From assembly GCA_018819305.1 (NCBI GenBank), contig JAHJQO010000033.1, forward strand, positions 1,430 through 65,429: DNA of 64,000 bases. Direction: 5' to 3'. Source of the stretch: Nanobdellota archaeon. GTDB taxonomy: Archaea; Nanobdellota; Nanobdellia; Woesearchaeales; SM23-78. Every line of letters begins with the position of its first letter. Positions within the stretch are counted from its first letter, which is position 1. The notes beneath the pieces were generated by a model, which saw only the letters and a list, made by a program, of their open reading frames with translations, did no database searches and was not told the origin of the DNA. This document shows positions 56,802 through 64,000 of the stretch, in pieces. Made by a program: the position numbers and the translations under genes.

Positions 56802-57290
56802 ATGAAAAACAACTTAGAATTAAATAATTTAGAAAAAATCATTGGAAAATTTGATTGCAGAAGTGTTTTGCAGGGAGTTCAAAATTATTTAATTGATACT
56901 TCGGCAAAAGTTGCATCCTATGCGCCTTTGATGGCTACGATGGAAGCATTTAATGGATTAGATGGCGATCAAATTCTTCAATCAAGATTAAGCGCTGCAT
57001 TAGTTGATTCTGTTGTGGCAAGGGTTTATGGAAAAACACTTGACTATGTACGCAATAAATTTCATGCTGACCCTAAAGAGAAAAGTATGAAGAATTATTT
57101 TATCGACACAATTACAATGATTAGTATCTATACGCCAGTTTATGCAGGGATACTTTTTGCTACGGGAGCAAATTTATCACAAATTGGATCGGCATTATTA
57201 ATGGGTGCAGGTATTGCTACTGTTACTGCAAGACCTTATGCAAAATATGTTCTTGCACCTTGGAGAAAACTGTGCAAATATAAAAAATAA
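56802..57290 (+). CDS. AlaE-like (L-alanine exporter family) membrane protein
   Basis: Matches my recollection of the AlaE pattern: DT...E...G...Q...SRL...YG..D; D......PVYAGIL..GA...QI. Confidence 0.7.
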   Translation: MKNNLELNNLEKIIGKFDCRSVLQGVQNYLIDTSAKVASYAPLMATMEAFNGLDGDQILQSRLSAALVDSVVARVYGKTLDYVRNKFHADPKEKSMKNYFIDTITMISIYTPVYAGILFATGANLSQIGSALLMGAGIATVTARPYAKYVLAPWRKLCKYKK

Positions 57291-57392
57291 ATTAAGCCTC
57301 TGGGAGGATTACCACTAACCTTTTCCACCTTGTGCAAAAGGTTAACGAAAAACAAGTGATTCCTAGCACAAAAACGTGCCGGAATCCCTTAA

Positions 57393-57464
57393 AGCCTCTG
57401 ACCGGATTTGAACCGGTGACCTGCGGCTTACGAAGCCGCTGCTCTACCACTAAGCTACAGAGGC
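57393..57464 (-). tRNA. tRNA-Thr (anticodon CGT), intron-less, CCA not encoded
   Basis: GCCTCTG/CAGAGGC acceptor stem, D-arm TAGCTTAGTGGTAGAGC, anticodon arm GCGGC-TTCGTAA-GCCGC, T-arm ACCGG-TTCAAAT-CCGGT. Confidence 0.96.
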
Positions 57465-57497
57465 ATGTTGGTAATGAAAGAAGAGAAGAGCAACCTC

Positions 57498-57650
57498 TTA
57501 AAGTTTCTCTTTTAACTCAGTCGTCGTGTGTTTTTTCTGGCACTCATTGCAAACAGGCTTTCTTTTGCCTTTGTCATTCTTCATATAAGTGCCTATTAAT
57601 TTATTAAGAAAAGTTGTTTCAATTTTTTTGCTACATATACTACATTTCAT
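57498..57650 (-). CDS. Zn-finger microprotein (50 aa)
   Basis: Not in the ORF track: MKCSICSKKIETTFLNKLIGTYMKNDKGKRKPVCNECQKKHTTTELKEKL; two CxxC pairs. Confidence 0.75.
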   Translation of the reverse strand: MKCSICSKKIETTFLNKLIGTYMKNDKGKRKPVCNECQKKHTTTELKEKL

Positions 57651-57695
57651 TTTGATTTTATTTTTCTTTTGTGTTTTGTGATTATATTGCTATTT

Positions 57696-58268
57696 TTAAA
57701 GATTTGGTATTACAATGTGAAATATGTTGATTATTAATGCTGCTGCCAGCATTCCAAAGTATGCTGCCTTGCTCCAATCAATTATTTTTTTGCCGTCAAA
57801 TCCTCCAAATGGTATGAGGTTGAACAATGCAAGCCATGCATTAATCATTATGCCTATCTGGGCTATGGTTGGAATTACAAATATTAATGGAATGAAAAGT
57901 ATTGCTAAGACTAGGTTGGCTGCAGGGCCTGAACTTGCTATTATTCCTCCTTCTCTTTTTGAAACAAAGCCTGAGATGACAACTGCGCCTGGTGCTGCGA
58001 TTACAAATCCAAAAAAACTCATGACAATTGCCAGTATCAGCATTTTGTTATTTGCTCTGAATTCTGCATGTTTGCCAAATTTCTTTGCAAAGTATCTGTG
58101 AGCCAGCTCATGAAAGATGAATCCAATTCCTACTGTGATGGCTGCTATGATTATGCTAATTATAATTGAGAATTGATAGCTTGGAGTTGTATAAATGAGT
58201 ATGCCAAAGGCTATGCTTATAGCAGCCCATGCTTTGACCAATTCTTTGAATTCATGTGTTATTTTCAC
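57696..58268 (-). CDS. Site-2 protease (M50) intramembrane metalloprotease
   Basis: HELAH, GPAAN, FNLIPFGGFDG. Confidence 0.92.
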   Translation of the reverse strand: MKITHEFKELVKAWAAISIAFGILIYTTPSYQFSIIISIIIAAITVGIGFIFHELAHRYFAKKFGKHAEFRANNKMLILAIVMSFFGFVIAAPGAVVISGFVSKREGGIIASSGPAANLVLAILFIPLIFVIPTIAQIGIMINAWLALFNLIPFGGFDGKKIIDWSKAAYFGMLAAALIINIFHIVIPNL

Positions 58269-58393
58269 TTTATAGCCAGGAATAGATGTGTGATTTATAA
58301 AGATAATCTATTAATTATTAGACTACTCGCAAGTGGTTATAAAAGAAAAGTTTATATATGATACGCACATTTCCATGAAATACGAGGGATAAG

Positions 58394-59410
58394 ATGTTCG
58401 CATACAGAACTATAATTTTATTTGTAATAAGTGCATTATTAATACCTGCGATTCTATTAACAAGAAATACAATCCTTCTTGCTATATTCATAATATTATT
58501 TATTTTAACTCAAATAGCATTACTTTTCTTTATTTATAAACAACAGAGCATGACTATCATGAGATGGTATGCCTTTGCACTGGCTTTAATAAACTTAATT
58601 TTTTTGCTAGTATTGGTTTTATTTGGAAGAAAAGTATATGTGGGATTCATAGGATTATTAATTTTTCTAGGACATTTCATAGGCCTGCTGGGTTTATTAT
58701 TTGGGCCAATACTGTTTCGTCTGTTTAGAGGCAAGCCTAAGAAACACAAAAAAAAGAAGCCAGAACCTAAAAAAAAGGACTTTGAAAAATTCAGGGAAAA
58801 TGATGAAATTGACAATCTGATAGATTCATTTGAAGAAGATATTGGTCCTAAAATTGATTCTAAAGTTGAGACATATGATTTTCAAGAACCAGAACCGCAG
58901 TCAGAGCATCGAACAGAGTCTCCAAGGCAAGAGCCAAGAGAAATGTTTCCTGATGAAAGTGAATTTGATGATTTGACAACATCATTTGTTTTTGATGAGC
59001 CTGAAGAAGATGAACCTATAGAAGAACTAAATGAAGACATAGAAGAACCAATAGAAGAACCCGAGATAAGAGAGCTTCATGAAGCACCAAAATTAGATTT
59101 GGAAAAAGTCAAAAATGACTTGGACAGGATTGATGACGGAGTCAAAGATATCAGTGAGAAAATAAAACTCATAAGTGAAAAGGCGATATTAGAAGGCGCG
59201 CAGAAAAAAGTTGATGAGTTAGAAGAAAAAGAAAAACAAAAGCAGAAAAAGAGTGAGCAAAAAGTTTTTGCATCAAAAACAGGAACAAAATACCACAAAA
59301 ACAAAGACTGCTTAAGTCTGAAAAGAGTGAGCAAAAATAACCTTATATCATATTCTGATTCTAAAGAAGCAAGAAAAAAGAAACTGACTGCTTGCGATAG
59401 ATGTAACTAG
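58394..59410 (+). CDS. Membrane protein with an acidic linker and a C-terminal Ada-like Zn motif
   Basis: About 4 N-terminal TM helices; E/P-rich middle; KYH...C......CDRC. Confidence 0.7.
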   Translation: MFAYRTIILFVISALLIPAILLTRNTILLAIFIILFILTQIALLFFIYKQQSMTIMRWYAFALALINLIFLLVLVLFGRKVYVGFIGLLIFLGHFIGLLGLLFGPILFRLFRGKPKKHKKKKPEPKKKDFEKFRENDEIDNLIDSFEEDIGPKIDSKVETYDFQEPEPQSEHRTESPRQEPREMFPDESEFDDLTTSFVFDEPEEDEPIEELNEDIEEPIEEPEIRELHEAPKLDLEKVKNDLDRIDDGVKDISEKIKLISEKAILEGAQKKVDELEEKEKQKQKKSEQKVFASKTGTKYHKNKDCLSLKRVSKNNLISYSDSKEARKKKLTACDRCN

Positions 59411-59441
59411 AATTTTTTTAATAAAAATAAACAAAGGCGGG

Positions 59442-59834
59442 GTGAAAATCATGAGTGAATATGAAGAAAATGTCAAATTGAATCGGGAGAGGCATGCTCT
59501 GGTTGAAAAAGATAAAAGAGAGGAATTTATAGATAAACTTATTATGCCTGCTTTGCCAGATTATAAAAAAGCTTTTGCCAGACCAAGAGTTAGTGACATT
59601 GTTGATAAATTTATTGGCAGAGATATGGATACTCTTTCAGTTCTGCAATATGCTGCTGAAAACAAAAGGTTTGATGAGTTCATGGATAAATTAGAAGAGC
59701 ATTATTATAATAATATTAGATGCGTTGCTCCGGAGGCCCGGATGGTTTTAGAATGGCCTGGTGGCAAAAGGGCGGAGTATTTCTTTATAGAATGCTATGT
59801 ACACTTAGGAATTAAGCCGCAGAAGAAAAAATAA
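59442..59834 (+). CDS. Hypothetical protein
   Basis: 130-aa ORF with RBS-like GGCGGGG. Confidence 0.6.
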   Translation: MKIMSEYEENVKLNRERHALVEKDKREEFIDKLIMPALPDYKKAFARPRVSDIVDKFIGRDMDTLSVLQYAAENKRFDEFMDKLEEHYYNNIRCVAPEARMVLEWPGGKRAEYFFIECYVHLGIKPQKKK

Positions 59835-59889
59835 CAGAAAAGTAAAAAATATCAAAAGGTGGGTGGAATGAAAGACTTTGAAGAACTAA

Positions 59890-60633
59890 TCACCACTCAA
59901 CCAAACTCTTCTGATCCTTAGAATATCTCTCCAATCTCTTAGGAGGATTAACCTGAACCCATTTGAATTTCCATTTCTCCAGCATTTCCTTGGCATTTGG
60001 GCTGATGCTTGGACTGGCCATGATGCCTTTTACCTTGCTGATAGAAACTCCTTTTAATTCACTTATCTTTTCAACATATCTTCTTAGCTGTGTAACACAT
60101 TGCAGGCTTGCTGTGTATCGTTTGCACTCAACAATAACCATGTTGCCTTTTTTATCATGGCCAAAAACATCGATAAAGCCAAACTTGGTGTGCTCCTCCC
60201 TGCTCAAAGGCTTGAAATCATTGCTTATTAATTCAGGCTTGGCTTTTATCATGTCACTCATATCCTTCTCATTCCCAGCAAGTTCTAGTTTTAATCCATC
60301 CTCTAATTTGTGATTCATAAAATTATAAACTCTGAAGATTTCAATATCAAGATAATCCTTGTAATCAAGATTTTGGCATTTTAAGATAAGATGCTTCTTG
60401 TGTTTCACCAGTTCAAGCTTTGAATTTGGCTTCATGTAATTTACAGGACTGCTTCCTTCTGGCTGATGAACAAGAACAGTGTTATCTCCTTTTACAATAA
60501 TTATCCTGTCGCCTCTGGCAAGAAAAGCCTCTGCCCTTCCGCTGTATTTGATTTCGCAGTTGCAAAAGAAAACAATTGACTCATTTTTACTCAAGGCTTG
60601 TTCAAACTTGTCTTTAAACTCTTTTATCTCCAT
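59890..60633 (-). CDS. nucS: Mismatch-specific endonuclease NucS/EndoMS
   Basis: YSGRA, KGDNTVLVH, PVNY, GFIDVFG, VECKR, QLRRY. Confidence 0.93.
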   Translation of the reverse strand: MEIKEFKDKFEQALSKNESIVFFCNCEIKYSGRAEAFLARGDRIIIVKGDNTVLVHQPEGSSPVNYMKPNSKLELVKHKKHLILKCQNLDYKDYLDIEIFRVYNFMNHKLEDGLKLELAGNEKDMSDMIKAKPELISNDFKPLSREEHTKFGFIDVFGHDKKGNMVIVECKRYTASLQCVTQLRRYVEKISELKGVSISKVKGIMASPSISPNAKEMLEKWKFKWVQVNPPKRLERYSKDQKSLVEW

Positions 60634-60685
60634 TAGAAAAAACAGAACATAGGATTAAAATATAAACTTTTGGGTGTTTATTCTT

Positions 60686-62632
60686 TTACCCTTCTTCTTC
60701 ATACTTGAATGCTTTAAAAGACCAGACTGCCAGTCCTCCAAGTACAATTAGCTGGATGAGAATAACAATCAAATCACCACTCATAGAAGCAAGGGTTTTG
60801 TTGAACAAGAATGCTTTGCTGAGCAAAAACTCTGCTACAACAAATGGATTGGCTCTTGCAAACATTGCCATGGTTGCACTCATTTTTTCAATTGGCACAA
60901 TTGTGCTTGAGAACATAAAGAATATGCACGCAAGAATTATAGATGCGATTGTGGATGTTTCTTCTGATTTGAAAAGATTGCTTATAATTATTCCTATGCA
61001 AGAGAAAATTGATATTATGAGGATAATGATGATCAAAACAGTTCCAAAGTTCTGGAACACAGACATGTTAAAGAACAAGCTGGCAATCAATACTATTATA
61101 AGAATTTGTATCATGGTGATAAATAATGAAGTTAAGAAAGTGCCAAGTACATAGACATAATTGTTAATGGGTGCAATTAGATTTCTAAAGGTTGCATTTG
61201 AAGATTTTTCTCTCATAACAAGAGAGCTTGATAATAATATACTCACAAACATGATGATAAGGATTAATAAACTAGGAAATAAATAATCAAGGGTTTTCTT
61301 GTTAGTTGTCAAAGGTTTTACTTCTGTGGAGATTGGATTGATAATAGAGTCTGGTGTTAATACACTTATGTTTTTAATATTTGATGTGAGTTCTGTCATT
61401 GCATTGTTTATCAGGTCAAACTTTTCCAGATTATTATTTACAAGACCGCTGATATTATCAAGTTCAGAAGCAAAATCTTGTTTGCTGCTATTCATTTGCC
61501 CAAGTCTTTCTTCTGCATCATCAATTGAAGTCTCTGCTTGTCCAAATCTTTCTTCTGCATTAAAAAGTTCTATTTGCACTTGTGCAAATGTATCTCTGCT
61601 TTCAATCTCAAACTTATCAAGCTCAGCAAGTGCACCATCAATCTCATTAATTAAAGTGCCAAGTTTCTGAGATGTTGCGTCAAGGTCATTACCTGTCTGG
61701 TCAACATTGCTTTTTATTGTGTACAAAAATGAACAGGTTGGGTTTGTCAAACTGCTTATCATGCTGTTCAAGGTATCAGAATCCTCAAGATAAGGAGTTA
61801 AATCAACAACAGTTTGAGAAGCACAGCCTTGAGCAATATAAGACTCATCAACATTTTTTTTAATATTATTTTTAGTTACTATCTGTGCATCAACAGTGGT
61901 CTTTAAATTCACTGCATCCTGCCGGAATTGTTTTAGCTTTGCCCTGTTTGTTGCTATTTGTCGCTCAATTCTGTTTTCATAAGTTGAAATCATGCCTTTG
62001 TTTCTGGCAACATCCTGTTTCATGCTTGAAAAATTCATGCTCTGCAAGTCAAAGTCCATGTCAAGATTTTCAACTTCTTGCTGGACATCAACAATCTTTA
62101 CACCAAGCTGCTCTGCCTCTGATTTTAACTCGTTAATAAGTCCTGCATTATCTTCAATCTTTCCAATTGTGTAATGCATCTTGTCAATAAGTTCAGATAC
62201 AAGACCAAGACTGATTTGTTTTGACTGGCCAGATATTTTTGCAGAAACAATCTCAAGCAAAGTAAAAACTAAGTTCAATCTTGAGTAATCAACATGAAAC
62301 TCAATTCTGTTGTCAAAATTTATTTCATTAGGAAAACTAATGCAAATATGAGACTTGCCAGTTCGTACACTGTCAATACAATCTTCTTTATTTTCATACT
62401 CAACAATGCTGAATTCTTTTCCCTCGAGATTGTCAATAAATAAATTTGTAACTTCATTATAAGACTCTGAATGAACTCCGATTATAATTCCATAAATTCC
62501 AGAACTGCTAAAAGCCAAACCGATAATGCCAATCAATACAAGCGGGCCCAGAAGAATAATCAATGCAGAAAGTTTAGACCTGATTAAACGTCTGAAATTC
62601 TTTTCAATTATTGCTATGAGTTCTCCAATCAT
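60686..62632 (-). CDS. ABC-2 type permease with a large coiled-coil extracellular domain
   Basis: N-terminal TM, long heptad region, C-terminal multi-TM (YLFP, REK, NP). Confidence 0.85.
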   Translation of the reverse strand: MIGELIAIIEKNFRRLIRSKLSALIILLGPLVLIGIIGLAFSSSGIYGIIIGVHSESYNEVTNLFIDNLEGKEFSIVEYENKEDCIDSVRTGKSHICISFPNEINFDNRIEFHVDYSRLNLVFTLLEIVSAKISGQSKQISLGLVSELIDKMHYTIGKIEDNAGLINELKSEAEQLGVKIVDVQQEVENLDMDFDLQSMNFSSMKQDVARNKGMISTYENRIERQIATNRAKLKQFRQDAVNLKTTVDAQIVTKNNIKKNVDESYIAQGCASQTVVDLTPYLEDSDTLNSMISSLTNPTCSFLYTIKSNVDQTGNDLDATSQKLGTLINEIDGALAELDKFEIESRDTFAQVQIELFNAEERFGQAETSIDDAEERLGQMNSSKQDFASELDNISGLVNNNLEKFDLINNAMTELTSNIKNISVLTPDSIINPISTEVKPLTTNKKTLDYLFPSLLILIIMFVSILLSSSLVMREKSSNATFRNLIAPINNYVYVLGTFLTSLFITMIQILIIVLIASLFFNMSVFQNFGTVLIIIILIISIFSCIGIIISNLFKSEETSTIASIILACIFFMFSSTIVPIEKMSATMAMFARANPFVVAEFLLSKAFLFNKTLASMSGDLIVILIQLIVLGGLAVWSFKAFKYEEEG

Positions 62633-62656
62633 TTTTTATATTATTTTATTTATTTT

Positions 62657-63787
62657 TTATTTTTGTTTCCTGCTTTTTATGAGGCTCTGGAGTGCTTCCA
62701 TTGTGTTTGATTTCTTAGGAGTTTCATGACCCAATGGAACATATTCTTGTGAACCAGTTTGTCTTGTCTGATTTGCCTGTTTTCTTATCAAAAGACGTTT
62801 TAATGCATGCTTTGAAGTATCTTTTGGAAATGGCATGGGTGCAATCTGAACAACTTTGTATCTTGAAAAAGCTTCAAACACTTCGCTCAGAGTTGGCTTG
62901 TTGATTTCAATCTCCAATAGATTTTCATTTAATTCCTGGAGTGTGTTTGCAATTGCAAGCAAAGCTTTCTCTGCATTAGGAGTGTACATGACAACTTTGT
63001 GTTTTTCATAACGCACAAAACTTAAACTGATGCCTTTTTCCATTAGCCTCTTAACAATATGTCTGTATCGTCCAGGATATGTCTCAAGATGAATTTCCTC
63101 ATTTCTGGAATAAAGATTTTTTAGCTGGTCAGGTGTTCCTTTACCCAGCAGTTTGCTTTCTTTAATCATGGCAATACTTGTACAAAGATGTTCCATTTCC
63201 TCTAAAAGATGAGATGAAACAATAATTGTAACGCCAGTTTCATTGATTTTCTGAATTAAGCTCCACATATGCTTTCTTAGCATTGGATCAAGGCCACTTG
63301 TTGGTTCGTCAAGAACAAGCACTCTTGGCTGGTGCATAAGAGCACAGCAAAGATCAAGTCGTCTCTGCATTCCACCTGACAAATCCTGGGCAACCCTGTC
63401 TTTTGCTGCCCACAAATCAACCATTCTTAATAATTGTTCAGACCTCTGCCTGATAACTTTGCTGTTAATTTTGTATAACTTTCCAAAATATTTAAGATTC
63501 TCCATAGGAGTCAAATCCTGATAAAAACAGTTGTCCTGCGAAGCAAAACCAAATTTCTTCTTTACAATCTCAGGATATTTAGTAAGGTCTTGACCATAAG
63601 AATAAATATGCCCGCCATCAGCTCTGTAAAAACCAATGAGAGTTCTGAGAAGAGTTGTTTTTCCAGAACCACTCTCTCCCATAATGCCAAAAATTTCTCT
63701 TTCATAGATATCAAAAGAAATATCATTAATTACAGCTCTCTTGCCAAACTTCTTGGTAATATTCCTGAGAGATACTATTGGCTGCAT
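62657..63787 (-). CDS. ABC transporter ATP-binding protein
   Basis: GESGSGKTT, LSGGMQRR, VLDEPT, SSH. Confidence 0.95.
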   Translation of the reverse strand: MQPIVSLRNITKKFGKRAVINDISFDIYEREIFGIMGESGSGKTTLLRTLIGFYRADGGHIYSYGQDLTKYPEIVKKKFGFASQDNCFYQDLTPMENLKYFGKLYKINSKVIRQRSEQLLRMVDLWAAKDRVAQDLSGGMQRRLDLCCALMHQPRVLVLDEPTSGLDPMLRKHMWSLIQKINETGVTIIVSSHLLEEMEHLCTSIAMIKESKLLGKGTPDQLKNLYSRNEEIHLETYPGRYRHIVKRLMEKGISLSFVRYEKHKVVMYTPNAEKALLAIANTLQELNENLLEIEINKPTLSEVFEAFSRYKVVQIAPMPFPKDTSKHALKRLLIRKQANQTRQTGSQEYVPLGHETPKKSNTMEALQSLIKSRKQK

Positions 63788-63897
63788 AAATCTATATCAT
63801 ATAATCGCGATTATATAAATTTACGTTTTCATTATATAATGGTGGAAAGATTTAAATAATATAATTCTCAAAAGTGATTATTATAAATGAATATTAG

Positions 63898-64000
63898 TCA
63901 GCGACATAAGTAATTAATAAAATTTAGCTTAAAAAAATGTTTATTCCAGAAATTCTCTAAAGAGTCTTGTAATTCGTCAACTGTTTTGTAGTATTTGGAG
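63898..64000 (-). CDS. C-terminal end of a gene entering from the right edge (possibly an IS630-like transposase)
   Basis: Open frame ...SKYYKTVDELQDSLENFWNKHFFKLNFINYLCR*; stop at 63898-63900. Confidence 0.35.
   Translation of the reverse strand, partial: SKYYKTVDELQDSLENFWNKHFFKLNFINYLCR

Noticed and set aside
57332..57607. Plus-strand 91-aa ORF
   Set aside because: Overlaps the tRNA-Thr and the minus-strand Zn-finger gene; spurious.

Overview
AT-rich archaeal chromosome segment, most consistent with a DPANN archaeon (Woesearchaeota-like; inferred from gene content). Housekeeping genes include taw1, cca, a PAC2 chaperone, pyrB, pyrD, the PIN-rpoE1-spt4-rps24e-rps27ae block, alaS, nucS and tRNA-Thr(CGT). 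Several accessory regulator-plus-cargo islets are interspersed. (1) The best candidate for an undescribed system is a tandem-Lrp regulator divergent from a four-gene operon: GshB-like ATP-grasp ligase, opine dehydrogenase, DcsG-like ATP-grasp ligase and S66 (LdcA/MccF) peptidase. It looks like a small-molecule (N-carboxyalkyl/opine-peptide) pathway. (2) An RHH / SEC-C / ImmA-IrrE / PIN(DUF4411) islet is bounded by a 10-bp inverted repeat, and its PIN gene carries an internal TAG. (3) An HTH-10 regulator plus a non-canonical class I isoprenoid-synthase-fold gene sit between 12-bp direct repeats. (4) A LysW-carrier lysine operon (orphan-lysW-hcs-lysXYZJK) lies divergent from an ACT-like regulator. 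(5) A TrmB/AlaE islet is flanked by copies of the tRNA-Thr 3' end. I found several features missing from the ORF track by reading the sequence: lysW, an RHH gene, a Zn-finger microprotein, a GalE-like remnant, a large surface protein, the tRNA and a partial CDS at the right edge. All calls are motif-based by eye; no database searches were run.
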